This document shows, piece by piece, positions 9,907 through 22,728 of a DNA stretch of 64,000 bases. Source of the stretch: Actinomycetes bacterium (GTDB lineage: Bacteria > Actinomycetota > Acidimicrobiia > Acidimicrobiales > CADCSY01); contig JANNOZ010000005.1 in the NCBI GenBank assembly GCA_031399525.1, positions 17,056 to 81,055 on the forward strand. The letters are read 5' to 3'. The position numbers were made by a program, and so were the translations under genes. The first letter of the stretch is position 1. The number at the start of each line of letters is the position of its first letter. Below the pieces are notes generated by a model that had not been told where the DNA came from, did not search any database, and saw only the letters and a list, made by a program, of their open reading frames with translations.

Positions 9907-9945
9907 TTGTCGTCCTGTGCACGCACAGCGTGCATCAGACGACAA
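9907..9945. repeat. palindromic repeat copy B (TTGTCGTC-CTG-TGCACGC-ACA-GCGTGCA-TCA-GACGACAA)
   Basis: Two perfect stem segments of 8 and 7 bp. Starts 5 nt after the pseudogene stop, between the convergent pseudogene and ligA, so it may also act as a terminator. Confidence 0.7.
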
Positions 9946-9980
9946 CGGCGCCGGTGGCGCCGCCGGTCGCCGCCAGGTGG

Positions 9981-12474
<2,494 letters not shown>

Positions 12475-12584
12475 GAGCCTTCATCTTGGTCGGCTGGGCG
12501 AGTGTCCCGGGCATCGGGGGTCGAGTCGTTATCATCCCGTTCCGGGCGGACCCCACCGACGATCGAGGTGTCGTGGCGACCCGA

Positions 12585-14552
12585 ATGACCGAGCAGATCG
12601 GCCGCGTTCTCGGAGACCGCTACCGTCTCGTCGCGCCCCTCGGGTCCGGGGCCTCGGCTCGTGTGTACTTGGCCGACGACGTGACGCTCCGCCGCCGGGT
12701 CGCAGTCAAGGTGTTGCACCCCGCCCTGGCCGACGACGACGCGTTCCTGCGCCAGTTCCGGGCTGAGGCTCGGGCCGCAGCTGCACTCAACCACCCCAAC
12801 GTCATGGCCGTCTATGACTGGGGGGAGGACGACGGCCCCTACCTGGTGCTCGAGTACCTGGGCGGCGGCAGCTTGCGGGGCATGCTCGACCGGGGTCAGC
12901 GCCTCTCGGTGTCTCAGACCGTGCTCGTCGCCATCGACGCGGCCCGAGCCCTCGACGCGGCGCACCGTCGGGGATTCGTGCACCGCGACATCAAGCCGGC
13001 CAACCTGCTCTTCGGCGACGACGGACGGCTGCGGGTGGCCGACTTCGGACTGGCCCGGGCGCTCTCGGAGGCGGCCTGGACCGAGCCCGTCGAGGGCCTG
13101 GTCGGCACGGCCCGCTACGCCGCTCCCGAGCAGGGTGGAGCTGGCCCGGTCGACGGTCGGGCCGACGTCTACAGCCTGGGTTTGGTCCTGCTCGAAGCCG
13201 TCACCGGGGTCGTCCCGCTGACCGCCGAGTCGCCCGTCGGCACCCTCCACCTGCGGGCCGAGTCCGACGTGCCGGTGTCCGACCAGCTCGGTGCGCTCGG
13301 TCCGCTCCTCCAGCGCACGGGCCGAGTCGACCCGGCCGAGCGTCCCACCGCGGCCGAGTTCGGTGCCGAGCTGCTGGGGGTCGCCCGAGCGTTGCCCCGT
13401 CCGGCGCCCCTGCCCCTCGTTGGCCCGGCCGACGGGTTGGTTTTGCCGTCGGGGGCCAGCGCCGCCGATCCCACCATCCTCCCGGGCCGTCTGTCGATCC
13501 CCGCCGATGTGGACGACCACACCTCGGTGGTCTCCGTCTCCGAGGTGGCCGCCGGAACGGCCATCAGCTTCGAGGCCGGTAGGGCCGGTAGGGGAGGCGT
13601 AGGACTGCCGCCCGGCGGGGCCGGCCCGGGTCGGCGCCGACGGTGGGGAGCGTTCGCCGCCGTCGTGGCGCTCGTCGCCGCCGTCGTCGGCGGAGGCTTG
13701 GCCTGGGCCCAGCTGCGTCCGGCCACGGCCTCGGTGCCGACGGTGGTCGAAATGCCCCTCGAACAGGCTCGGGCCCAGCTCGACGCGGCCCAGCAGGCCA
13801 CCGACGGCGAGGTGTCCTGGCGGGTGGTCGAACAGGCCGACTACAGCGAGACGGTGAGCACCGGCGCGGTGATCGCCCAGAGCCCGGCGCCGGGCAGCAG
13901 CCTGCGCGACGGCGGCACCGTGACCCTTCGCTACTCCAAGGGTCAGCCGCCGGTACCCGTGCCCGACATGAGCAACTCAACGGTCGAGGAGGCCACCGCC
14001 CTTTTGGCCCAGGCCGGCTTGACCGTCGGCGAGCAGAGGCCCCAAGCCGACGAGACCGCAGTGGCCGGCACCGTTTTGACCTGGTTCGGTCCCGACGGGG
14101 CCGAACGTCCGGCTCAGGTGGCCAAGACGTCGGCCATGACGTTGCTGGTCTCCTCGGGCCCGGCCCCTCGGACCATCCCGGGCGGGCTGGCAGGTTTGTC
14201 CTACGACGAGGCGGCATCCACGCTGGCCGGCGTTCAGCTGTCCGCCGTCCGGGGCGAGGAGTTCTCGTCGACGGTCGACAAGGACAAGGTCATTCGTACC
14301 GACCCGGCCGAAGGCACCGCCTTGGAACGGGGGGCGGTGGTGACGGTCGTCGTGTCGAAGGGTCGCGACCTGGTCAAGGTCCCCGACGTCAACGGCCAGA
14401 CCCAGGACGCAGCGGTGGCTCTGCTCCAGCAGACCGGATTGAAGGTCGAGTCGGTGACCGGGCCGGCCGGAGCCAAGACGGCGTACGTGACCGACCCGGC
14501 CGCGGGCACCCAGCTCGACCGAGGATCGCCGGTGCGCCTCTACCTTCGGTAG
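12585..14552 (+). CDS. Ser/Thr protein kinase with four C-terminal PASTA repeats (PknB-like)
   Basis: Kinase motifs GSGASARVY, VAVK, HRDIKPANLL, DFGLAR. One TM helix, then four PASTA-like repeats (VP.V.G...A...L...GL). ATG at 12585. Confidence 0.9.
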   Translation: MTEQIGRVLGDRYRLVAPLGSGASARVYLADDVTLRRRVAVKVLHPALADDDAFLRQFRAEARAAAALNHPNVMAVYDWGEDDGPYLVLEYLGGGSLRGMLDRGQRLSVSQTVLVAIDAARALDAAHRRGFVHRDIKPANLLFGDDGRLRVADFGLARALSEAAWTEPVEGLVGTARYAAPEQGGAGPVDGRADVYSLGLVLLEAVTGVVPLTAESPVGTLHLRAESDVPVSDQLGALGPLLQRTGRVDPAERPTAAEFGAELLGVARALPRPAPLPLVGPADGLVLPSGASAADPTILPGRLSIPADVDDHTSVVSVSEVAAGTAISFEAGRAGRGGVGLPPGGAGPGRRRRWGAFAAVVALVAAVVGGGLAWAQLRPATASVPTVVEMPLEQARAQLDAAQQATDGEVSWRVVEQADYSETVSTGAVIAQSPAPGSSLRDGGTVTLRYSKGQPPVPVPDMSNSTVEEATALLAQAGLTVGEQRPQADETAVAGTVLTWFGPDGAERPAQVAKTSAMTLLVSSGPAPRTIPGGLAGLSYDEAASTLAGVQLSAVRGEEFSSTVDKDKVIRTDPAEGTALERGAVVTVVVSKGRDLVKVPDVNGQTQDAAVALLQQTGLKVESVTGPAGAKTAYVTDPAAGTQLDRGSPVRLYLR

Positions 14553-14565
14553 GGCTAGGCGCGGG

Positions 14566-14973
14566 CTACGCGGTGATTGCCTTGATCCGGGTGGCCGCCG
14601 CTTGGGCGCCGGGGTCACCGGCGGCCGCCAGCAAACCCATCAACCGGGTGAAGTCGCCCTGGAGCACGATCTTGCCGCCCAGGAACGCGGTCATGATCGC
14701 CTCCTGGTCGAGGTCGACGAACAGCGAGCGAGCCGTCTCGTAGTCGACAGTGACCGTGGCATCGGCGTCGGGAAGGTGGCCGAGCTCGAGTTCGAGGACG
14801 CCCGACGTCGTGTCCAGATGAGCCAGCACGTCGCCATCGCCGAAAGGGACGTCGGTGACCACCTGGTTGACCTTGGCCGGCACGGTCGGCGGGGCCACCT
14901 GGTCGCGGTACTCGTCGCGGATGGCCCGGGCGGCGGCGACCCACTCGTCGGACAGGAACGGGTAGGTGGTCAC
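14566..14973 (-). CDS. SCP2 sterol-binding domain protein
   Basis: FLSDEWV...AFLGGKIVLQGDFTRLM resembles SCP2-domain proteins. Confidence 0.6.
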   Translation of the reverse strand: MTTYPFLSDEWVAAARAIRDEYRDQVAPPTVPAKVNQVVTDVPFGDGDVLAHLDTTSGVLELELGHLPDADATVTVDYETARSLFVDLDQEAIMTAFLGGKIVLQGDFTRLMGLLAAAGDPGAQAAATRIKAITA

Positions 14974-14992
14974 GGCGTGCGACTCTAGGGCG

Positions 14993-15748
14993 ATGAGCTC
15001 TGCCTACCTCCCAGGCGCCGAACCGTGGTCGCACGACGGCGGACCCCTCGGCGTTCTCGTCCTCCACGGCTTCACGGGGTCGCCCGGATCGGTGCGGCCC
15101 GTCGCCGAGGCGTTGGCTGGGGCCGGGTTCACCGTCGAGGTTCCCTGCCTGCCGGGCCACGGCACGGTGGTCGACGACCTGGTGCCCCTCGGCTGGGATG
15201 ACTGGTATCCGGCGTGCGAGGCCGCGCTGAGCGATCTGGTCGGGCGGTGTGACCGCGTCGGCGTCGTGGGCCAGTCGATGGGTGCGACGTTGGCCTGCGC
15301 CCTGGCCTCGCATCACCCCGAGGCGGTCGCCGCCGTGGTGGCCGTCAACCCCTTCGTGGCCCCCATCGACTCGGCCTTGGTGGTCATGGTCGACGACATG
15401 CTGGCGGCGGGCGAGACGCTGGCCCCGGCGCTCGGGGCCGACATCGCCGATCCCGACGCCCACGAGCCGGCCTACGACGTCAGCCCGCTGGCCCCGCTGC
15501 GGTCGCTGTTCAGCGCAGTCGAGGCGCTGCAGCCCGAGTTGGCCGGGGTGGTGTGCCCGGTGCTCATCGCCAACTCACCCCAGGATCACGTCGTCGAACC
15601 GGCCAACAGCGAGCACCTGGCCCAAGCCGTCAGTGCCCCGGTCGAGCGTCTCACCCTGCCCAACAGCTTCCACGTGGCCGCCCTCGATCTCGACCGGCGC
15701 CTGCTGTCCGAGACCGTGATCGACTTCCTCGGTCGTCGCTTGGGTTGA
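14993..15748 (+). CDS. alpha/beta hydrolase (carboxylesterase/lipase type)
   Basis: HGFTGSP oxyanion region and nucleophile elbow GQSMGA. ATG at 14993. Confidence 0.75.
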   Translation: MSSAYLPGAEPWSHDGGPLGVLVLHGFTGSPGSVRPVAEALAGAGFTVEVPCLPGHGTVVDDLVPLGWDDWYPACEAALSDLVGRCDRVGVVGQSMGATLACALASHHPEAVAAVVAVNPFVAPIDSALVVMVDDMLAAGETLAPALGADIADPDAHEPAYDVSPLAPLRSLFSAVEALQPELAGVVCPVLIANSPQDHVVEPANSEHLAQAVSAPVERLTLPNSFHVAALDLDRRLLSETVIDFLGRRLG

Positions 15749-15810
15749 TCGACCCCTTGCCGGCGACCTCGGCCATCGGTGAGAGTGTCGGCCGACCTGA
15801 GGAGGGACCC

Positions 15811-16257
15811 ATGGCGGTCATCGATCAAGAGGCCCGTGCATTCATCGAGAAGGCCCGGTTGGGGCACCTGGTGACGATCAACAAGGACGGCAGCCCGCAA
15901 CTCACGCTGGTGCGGGTCCAGTTCGCCGCCGACGACAGCGACGAGCTGGTCGTGGCCCACATGAACTACTACCAGAAGATCCGCAACATCGAGCGAGATC
16001 CAAGGGTGCTGCTCTCGTTCCAGGGTGAAATCGGCGCCCGCGAGTACCTGGTCGTCCACGGCACCGCCGCAGTCACCGAGGGCGGCGCGGTCGAGCTGCT
16101 CAGCCGAGGCATGCCGCCTCCGCCGCCGGCCGAGGGTGAGGACGCGCCGGCCCGTCCGCCCTTTCCCGAGCCAGCCAACGGCGGGTACATAAGCCACATC
16201 ACGCCGAGCCGGGTCACTGGCGCCGGCCCCTGGGTCCCGCCGCCGGCGGCCCACTGA
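15811..16257 (+). CDS. pyridoxamine 5'-phosphate oxidase family / PPOX-class F420-dependent protein with Pro-rich tail
   Basis: ARAFIEKARLGHLVTINKDGSPQLTLV...HGTA pattern. GAGGAGGGA SD 5 nt upstream of the ATG at 15811. Confidence 0.6.
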   Translation: MAVIDQEARAFIEKARLGHLVTINKDGSPQLTLVRVQFAADDSDELVVAHMNYYQKIRNIERDPRVLLSFQGEIGAREYLVVHGTAAVTEGGAVELLSRGMPPPPPAEGEDAPARPPFPEPANGGYISHITPSRVTGAGPWVPPPAAH

Positions 16258-16346
16258 CCCCCACCGACCCGCAGCGCCGGCGGGGACTGGTCCTGGTCAA
16301 CGCCGCGTCCGGCGGCGGCGACACCATCGACGAGGTCAGAGCCTGC

Positions 16347-17159
16347 TTGGCCGGCCACCAGGTCGACGCTTGCGCCCCCGAGGACATGGCCGACCGGGCC
16401 CGGGAGGGCGTGGCCAACGGGGTCGACTTCGTCGGCGTGGCTGGTGGTGACGGCACCATGGGCGGGGTGGCCGGCGTCCTGGTCGGGGGCGCGGTGCCTC
16501 TCTTGGTCATCCCGGCTGGCACCCGCAACCACTTCGCCGGCGATCTCGACGTCACCTCCATCGCCCACGCAGCTGAGGTGGCCGCTCGCGGCCAGGTGCG
16601 CTCGGTCAGCGTCGGCCAGATCGGGGACCGCACCTTTGTGAACAACGCCTCGGTGGGGCTGTACCCGGCGTTGGTCCGGCACCGGGAGCGCCACGAAGGT
16701 GCCGTCGGGAAGCGTCGGGCCACCCTGAGAGCAGCCATGGCGGTGGCCCGCCAGGGCCGACCGCTGCTCTTGACCGTCGATGACCGGCCCCGGCAGGCCT
16801 GGGCCGTGTTCGTCGGGAACGGGCGCTACGGAGACGGTCCATTCGCGGTGGTCAACCGCGAGTCGCTCGCCGGAGCCGACCTTGACGTGCGGGTGCTGCG
16901 AGCCGATCGTCGCCTGTCGCGCCTCCGGCTGGTCGGCGCACTGCTGGCGGGCGCCGGGGCGCGGTCCCAGGTCATCGACGCCTGGGCCGCATCGGAGGTC
17001 GAAGTCGGTCTGGCCGACGGCACTCGGGGGCCGGTCCCCGTGGCCCTCGACGGTGAGGTTGCCAGCATCGAGACGCCGTTGCGGTTTCGCCGGCTGCCCC
17101 CGTCACTGCCTGTCCTCGTCCCACCTTCGTTCCCGGGATCGGACTTGTCGACCGGCTGA
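16347..17159 (+). CDS. diacylglycerol/lipid kinase family protein (YegS/BmrU-like); true start probably upstream
   Basis: GVAGGDGTMGGV and VIPAGTRNHFA motifs. The first canonical start is the TTG at 16347. The same frame is open from 16140 and encodes the family-typical LVLVNAASGGG strand upstream of that start. Confidence 0.7.
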   Translation: MAGHQVDACAPEDMADRAREGVANGVDFVGVAGGDGTMGGVAGVLVGGAVPLLVIPAGTRNHFAGDLDVTSIAHAAEVAARGQVRSVSVGQIGDRTFVNNASVGLYPALVRHRERHEGAVGKRRATLRAAMAVARQGRPLLLTVDDRPRQAWAVFVGNGRYGDGPFAVVNRESLAGADLDVRVLRADRRLSRLRLVGALLAGAGARSQVIDAWAASEVEVGLADGTRGPVPVALDGEVASIETPLRFRRLPPSLPVLVPPSFPGSDLSTG

Positions 17160-17202
17160 TCGGGGGAACGGGCCCGCGGCGGGTGACACCTACGATGCAG
17201 CG

Positions 17203-17505
17203 GTGCCCGACCGGATCACCCGCGACGACGTCGCCCACGTAGCCGACCTGGCCCGGCTGGCGCTGAGCGACGACGAGCTCGACCGCTTCACCGATCAGCT
17301 GGCCGCCGTGCTGGACCACGCCGAGGACATCGACGCCCTCGATATCGACGACGTCGCCCCGACCGCGCATCCTCTGCCCCTCCTCAACGTGCTGCGGGAC
17401 GACGAGGTCCGTCCCAGCCTCGACCGCGACGAGGTCCTGGCCAGCGCGCCGGCCGTCGAGGACCACCGCTTCCGGGTGCCGCCGGTACTGGGTGAGGCAC
17501 CGTGA
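17203..17505 (+). CDS. gatC: Asp-tRNA(Asn)/Glu-tRNA(Gln) amidotransferase subunit C
   Basis: [35 protein letters not shown]... typical of GatC. GTG at 17203. 4-nt overlap with gatA. Confidence 0.85.
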   Translation: MPDRITRDDVAHVADLARLALSDDELDRFTDQLAAVLDHAEDIDALDIDDVAPTAHPLPLLNVLRDDEVRPSLDRDEVLASAPAVEDHRFRVPPVLGEAP

Positions 17506-18938
17506 CCCACTCCGCGCTGACGATCGCTGCCGCCGTTCGGGCTGGTGAGCGATCTGCGGTCGACGTCGTCGACGAGCACCTCGACGCCATCGCCGGCCGC
17601 GAGAGCGAGATCCACGCCTTCGTCACCGTGCTGGCCGACGAGGCCCGGGCGGCCGCCGCGGCGATCGACCGGGCCGTGGCCGACGGTTCGGACCCGGGGC
17701 CCCTGACCGGCGTCCCGATCGCCCTCAAGGACAACCTGTGTACACGGGGCATCCCCACTACCTGTTCGTCGTCGATCCTGGAGGGCTGGCGGCCCCCCTA
17801 CGACGCCACGGTGGTCTCCCGGGTATTGGCCGCCGGCGCGGTGTTGGTGGGCAAGACCAACCTCGACGAGTTCGCCATGGGCAGCTCCACCGAGAACTCG
17901 GCGTTCGGCCCCACCCGGAATCCACGCGACCCGGCTCGGGTCCCCGGCGGGTCGAGCGGGGGGAGTGCTGCGGCGGTGGCGGCCGGGTTCGCCCCGATCT
18001 CACTCGGGTCCGACACCGGCGGCTCGATCCGTCAACCCGCCAGCTTCTGCGGCGTGGTCGGCATCAAGCCCACCTACGGCTTGGTCAGCCGCTACGGCCT
18101 GGTTGCCTTCGCCTCCAGCCTCGACCAGGTGGGCCCCTTCGCCGCCACCGTGGCCGATGCTGCCCTGCTCCTCGAGGTCATCGCCGGTCACGACCAACTC
18201 GATTCGACCTCGATCGACGCGGCCAGTCCTGACCTGGTCAGCCAGCTCGACCACGGGGTCGAGGGCCTGCGGGTGGGTGTGCTGTCGGAGTTGATGGCTG
18301 ACGGCATCGACGCCGACGTCCGTCGACGGGTCACCCAGGCCGCCGATGCGTTGTCGGCTGCCGGGGCCAAGGTCGAGGAGGCCTCGGTGCCGGCCACCCG
18401 CTACGGACTGTCGGCCTACTACCTGATCGCACCGGCCGAGGCCTCGAGCAACCTGGCTCGCTACGACGGGGTCCGCTACGGCCTTCGGGTCGACGCGGCC
18501 AACACCGCCCTCATGAACGAGGCCAGTCGCACCGCTGGGTTCGGCCCCGAGGTGAAGCGCCGGATCATGCTCGGCACCTACGCCCTGTCGGCTGGCTACT
18601 ACGACGCCTATTACGCCAAGGCTCAGCGGGTCCGCACGTTGATCATCTGTGACTTCGCCGCCGCCTACGAGCAGTTCGACGTGTTACTGGCGCCCACGGC
18701 CCCCTCGACCGCCTTCGCGTTCGGGGCCAAGGACGACCCGATGTCGATGTACCTGTCCGACGTGTGCACCATCCCGTCCAACTTGGCCGGTGACCCTGCG
18801 ATCTCGGTGCCGTTCGGCACCGGCGACGACGGACTGCCGGTCGGCGTGCAGCTGCTCGGCCCGGCCCGATCCGAGGCCACCCTCTTGCGGGCTGGCGCGG
18901 TCCTCGAGAGCGCGGCATCGGCGGCGGGCGTCCGATGA
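17502..18938 (+). CDS. gatA: Asp-tRNA(Asn)/Glu-tRNA(Gln) amidotransferase subunit A
   Basis: Amidase signature GVPIALKDN...[12 protein letters not shown]. Confidence 0.95.
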   Translation: MTHSALTIAAAVRAGERSAVDVVDEHLDAIAGRESEIHAFVTVLADEARAAAAAIDRAVADGSDPGPLTGVPIALKDNLCTRGIPTTCSSSILEGWRPPYDATVVSRVLAAGAVLVGKTNLDEFAMGSSTENSAFGPTRNPRDPARVPGGSSGGSAAAVAAGFAPISLGSDTGGSIRQPASFCGVVGIKPTYGLVSRYGLVAFASSLDQVGPFAATVADAALLLEVIAGHDQLDSTSIDAASPDLVSQLDHGVEGLRVGVLSELMADGIDADVRRRVTQAADALSAAGAKVEEASVPATRYGLSAYYLIAPAEASSNLARYDGVRYGLRVDAANTALMNEASRTAGFGPEVKRRIMLGTYALSAGYYDAYYAKAQRVRTLIICDFAAAYEQFDVLLAPTAPSTAFAFGAKDDPMSMYLSDVCTIPSNLAGDPAISVPFGTGDDGLPVGVQLLGPARSEATLLRAGAVLESAASAAGVR

Positions 18939-20353
18939 CCACCATGGAGGGTTGGGAGACCGTCATCGGTCTCGAGGTCCACGTCGAGCTGGCCACGGCC
19001 ACGAAGTTGTTCTGCGGCTGCCCGAACCAGTTCGGCGACGAGCCCAACACCAACATCTGCCCGGTGTGCCTGGGTCTGCCCGGCTCGCTCCCCGTGCTCA
19101 ACCGCCGGGCGGTCGAGTTGGCCATGCGCCTGGCCGTCGCCCTGCACCTCGAGGTCCGTCCCAGCATCTTCCACCGGAAGAACTACTTCTACCCGGACAT
19201 GCCGAAGGACTACCAGACCTCGCAGTACGACCAGCCCATCACCGTCGACGGCTTCCTCGAACTCCCCGACGGCTTCCGCGTCGGTATCGAGCGGGCCCAC
19301 CTCGAAGAGGACACCGGCAAGACCACCCATGTCGGCGGCGGCGGCCGGATCCACGACGCCCAGCACTCGCTGGTCGACTACAACCGGGCCGGCGTTCCCC
19401 TCCTCGAGATCGTGTCCCGACCCGATCTGCGCTCGGCCGAGCAGGCTCGGGCCTACGCCTCCGAGCTGCGGGCCATCCTCACCGCCGCGGGAGTGTCCGA
19501 TGCCAAGATGGAAGAGGGCTCGATGCGGGTCGATGCCAACGTCTCGGTGCGGCCGGTGGGGACCGCCGAGTTGGGGACTCGCTGCGAGATCAAGAACCTC
19601 AACTCGATCCGTTCGTTGGGCCGGGCCATCGACTACGAAGCCCTGCGCCAGGTCGACCTGCTCGACGCCGGCGAGCGGGTCATCCAGCAGACTCGGCACT
19701 GGAACGAGGACGAAGGGCGCACCCACACCCTGCGATCCAAGGAAGAGGCCTACGACTACCGCTATTTCCCCGAGCCCGACCTGGTGCCGGTGGCCCCATC
19801 GGACGAGTGGTTGGAGTCGGTGCAGGCCACCGTCCCAGCCATGCCGGCCGAGCGCCGGGCCCGGCTGGCCGAGATCACCGGTGTCGCCCCGAGCGACGTT
19901 GCCCTGGTGGTGGCCCGCGACCTCGACGTGTTCGTTCTCGATGCCATCGCCGGTGGCGGCGACCCCATCCGTCTGTTGACCCGAGCCGAACACGATCTCG
20001 CCGACGGGAGCGGTCGCTTGACCGTCGACGCCTTTGCCGCGCTGTCCCGCCTCGAGGTCGACGGCGCCTTGACCGCCACCCAGGCCAAGGCGGTTCTGGC
20101 CCGGTTGGTGGCCGACGGAGGCGCCCCGTCGGAGGTGGCCGCAGCCATGGGCTTCGAGGCAGTCGATACCGACGCACTGGGTCAGGTGGTCGACCAGGCC
20201 ATCGCCGCCAACCCCGATGCGTGGACCAAGTACCTGGCCGGTGACCAGAAGGTCACCGGCGTCTTCGTCGGAGCCGTGATGAAGGCGACCAAGGGCAACG
20301 CCGACGGCAAGGCGGTCCAGGCCCTCCTGCGGGACCGAGCCGAGGCGGGCTGA
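18935..20353 (+). CDS. gatB: Asp-tRNA(Asn)/Glu-tRNA(Gln) amidotransferase subunit B
   Basis: [13 protein letters not shown]...KLFCGCPN...[16 protein letters not shown] overlap with gatA. Confidence 0.95.
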   Translation: MTTMEGWETVIGLEVHVELATATKLFCGCPNQFGDEPNTNICPVCLGLPGSLPVLNRRAVELAMRLAVALHLEVRPSIFHRKNYFYPDMPKDYQTSQYDQPITVDGFLELPDGFRVGIERAHLEEDTGKTTHVGGGGRIHDAQHSLVDYNRAGVPLLEIVSRPDLRSAEQARAYASELRAILTAAGVSDAKMEEGSMRVDANVSVRPVGTAELGTRCEIKNLNSIRSLGRAIDYEALRQVDLLDAGERVIQQTRHWNEDEGRTHTLRSKEEAYDYRYFPEPDLVPVAPSDEWLESVQATVPAMPAERRARLAEITGVAPSDVALVVARDLDVFVLDAIAGGGDPIRLLTRAEHDLADGSGRLTVDAFAALSRLEVDGALTATQAKAVLARLVADGGAPSEVAAAMGFEAVDTDALGQVVDQAIAANPDAWTKYLAGDQKVTGVFVGAVMKATKGNADGKAVQALLRDRAEAG

Positions 20354-20379
20354 CCGGGGGCGGACTACCGTCCGGCGCC

Positions 20380-21324
20380 GTGACGACACGACCCAGCATC
20401 TTCGTCGGACTGCCGCTCGACCGGTTCCACCCGAATGATTACGCGGCGTTGCCCGATCTGGTCCGACGCCTCGACGAGAGCGGGGTGATAGATGGCGTCA
20501 CGTTGAGCGACCACGTCGTCATGGCGCCGATCCCCGAGGGGGCCATGCCCCGGCCGATCGCGCTGGACACCCCGTACCCCGAGTCGGTGGCCATGTTCTC
20601 GGCGTTTGCCGCCGTGAGCACCCGCCTCGAGTTCCTCAACGCGTCCTTCGTCGTGCCGGCCCGGCACCCGGTGTTGTTGGCCAAGCAGCTGGCGACGCTC
20701 GATCAGTTGTCCCGGGGAAGAGCCATCCTCGGGGCGTCGGCCAGCTGGCAGGAGGCCGAGATGCGGGCCCTGGGTGTCGACTTCGATCGCCGCTACGAGA
20801 TCCTCGAGGACACCATCGCCGCGTGCCGAGCTTTGTGGTCGGCCAGCCCGGCCAGCTTCGAGTCGGGCACCGTGAGCTTCGAGGACCTCTACGTCGAACC
20901 CCAGCCGTTCACCCCGGGCGGTCCCCGGGTGTGGTTCGCCTCCCACGCCTCGCCCGAACTGGTGAGCCGGGTCGCCCGTCTGGGCGACGGGTGGATGCCA
21001 TGGATGGCGTCGCCCGACGTGGTGGCCGACACCGTCGGGAGCATCAAGAAGGAGATGGACTCCCTCGGCCGCGATCCCGAGGCGCTTGGAGTCTTCGGCT
21101 TTCTCATGCCGGTGGCTGCCGACGGGACACTGCTGATGGCCTTCGGCCCACCTCAAGCCGACGCCCCAAAGCCCGACCTGCGTCGGTCCCTCGAGGCGGC
21201 GTCGGCTTCGGTCGCTGCCGGGGCCACGGTGTTGGGTACGTCGCTCCAGTTCCTCTGCCCCGACCTCGACGACCTCGACGGCGCGCTCGACACCCTCGGC
21301 AACGTCCTGGCCGACCTGGCCTGA
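20380..21324 (+). CDS. LLM-class (luciferase-like) probable F420-dependent oxidoreductase
   Basis: LAKQLATLDQLSRGRAILGASASW...DTIAACRALW pattern. 314-aa paralogue of 52010..52954. Confidence 0.7.
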   Translation: MTTRPSIFVGLPLDRFHPNDYAALPDLVRRLDESGVIDGVTLSDHVVMAPIPEGAMPRPIALDTPYPESVAMFSAFAAVSTRLEFLNASFVVPARHPVLLAKQLATLDQLSRGRAILGASASWQEAEMRALGVDFDRRYEILEDTIAACRALWSASPASFESGTVSFEDLYVEPQPFTPGGPRVWFASHASPELVSRVARLGDGWMPWMASPDVVADTVGSIKKEMDSLGRDPEALGVFGFLMPVAADGTLLMAFGPPQADAPKPDLRRSLEAASASVAAGATVLGTSLQFLCPDLDDLDGALDTLGNVLADLA

Positions 21325-21349
21325 ACCGCCCCGCCCCGGGGGACGACGG

Positions 21350-22684
21350 CTAGCGGGCTCGCTCGGCGCCCGTCACCAGCCAGGCGTCGCCGAGGAACCG
21401 GGTGACCGTGAACGCCAGGCGGGCCAGCATCATCACGGCCATGGCCCCCCACAGCCACAGCAGCCCGAGGTCGAGCACCAGCACCAACGCCGCGCACGGG
21501 ACGTAACAGACCACGCAGGCCACGAACATTGCCTTGGCCAAGAAGCGCATGTCTCCGGCGCCGATGAGCACACCGTCGAGCACGAAGTTCACCGCATTGA
21601 TGGGCTGGAGCGCGGCCACGATCAACAGGATCTGGCTGGCCAACAGCCGGACCTCGGGGTCGCTCGAGAACAGGCGGGGGAGGGCGTCGTGGAGGACGGC
21701 CACGATCACGCCGAGGCCTAGTCCGAGCATGACGCCGAGCTCGAGCATGCGCCGGCTGGCATCGCGTGCGGCCAGGGCCTCGTCGCGGCCGAGGAAGCGG
21801 CCGACCATGGCTTGGCCGGCGATGCCCAGGGCGTCGAGGGCGAGGGCGAGCAGCGACACCACCTGCCAGCCGATCTGGTTGGCGGCCAGCGCATCGGTGG
21901 AGATGCGACCGGCGACGATGGTGGCGAACGCCAGTGCGCCCACGATCGAACCGGTGCGTATGAACAGGTCGCGGCCCACCACCAGCAGCGAGCGGATCCG
22001 GGCCAGCTCGGGAGCCAACGGCACACCGGAGCGGCGGGCGTCGACCAGCACAGCTTTGGCGTAGAAGAAGGCGGCCCCGTACTGCACCACCACGGTGCTG
22101 ACTGCCGACGCGGCGATCCCGCCGCCGAAGCCGTAGATCCAGACCACCTCGGCCACGGCGTTGACCCCGTTGGCGATCAGGGCCACTCGCAGGGGGCTGC
22201 GGGCATCCTGACGGCCTCGCAAATAGCCGATGCCGGCGGCGGCGACCAGGACAGCCGGGGAGGCCAGCAACGCAATGTGGAGATAGGTCCGCCCGGCCTC
22301 GCGAGCTGCGGCAGACGCCCCGAAGAGTTCGATGACGGGCGCCACCGCGAGCTGGCCGAGTAGGCCGACGGCCACGCCGAGGAACACAGCCAGCCAGGTG
22401 CCCTGGACGCCGGCGATCGTGGCGCCCCGATCGTTTCCGGCGCCGTGGTAGCGGGCGACCGCCGCGGTCGTGCCGTAGGACAGGAAGCTGAAGATCCAGA
22501 ACGAGCTGTTGAGCACCGTGCCGGCCATGGCCAGACCAGCCAGCTCGGCCGTGCCGATGTGACCCACCACCGCGGTGTCGACCAGCACGTAGAGCGGCTC
22601 GGCCACCAAGGCGCCGAGCGACGGGACCGCCAGCGCCAAGATGTCGCGGTCGTAGCGCCGGGTGCGCCGGCCGAGCGTGGGCAC
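21350..22684 (-). CDS. MATE family efflux transporter
   Basis: 12-TM profile. N-terminal [30 protein letters not shown] is typical of the MATE/DinF family. Confidence 0.85.
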   Translation of the reverse strand: MPTLGRRTRRYDRDILALAVPSLGALVAEPLYVLVDTAVVGHIGTAELAGLAMAGTVLNSSFWIFSFLSYGTTAAVARYHGAGNDRGATIAGVQGTWLAVFLGVAVGLLGQLAVAPVIELFGASAAAREAGRTYLHIALLASPAVLVAAAGIGYLRGRQDARSPLRVALIANGVNAVAEVVWIYGFGGGIAASAVSTVVVQYGAAFFYAKAVLVDARRSGVPLAPELARIRSLLVVGRDLFIRTGSIVGALAFATIVAGRISTDALAANQIGWQVVSLLALALDALGIAGQAMVGRFLGRDEALAARDASRRMLELGVMLGLGLGVIVAVLHDALPRLFSSDPEVRLLASQILLIVAALQPINAVNFVLDGVLIGAGDMRFLAKAMFVACVVCYVPCAALVLVLDLGLLWLWGAMAVMMLARLAFTVTRFLGDAWLVTGAERAR

Positions 22685-22728
22685 GGCCCGGCACAGTAGG
22701 TCGAGCGCGCCGCGTAGCGTGTCGTCCC

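Noticed and set aside
20380-21324. Two 314-aa LLM-class oxidoreductase paralogues (the second at 52010..52954) as a possible duplicated system
   Set aside because: This family is commonly multi-copy in Actinomycetota. The neighbouring genes differ and no flanking repeats are present.
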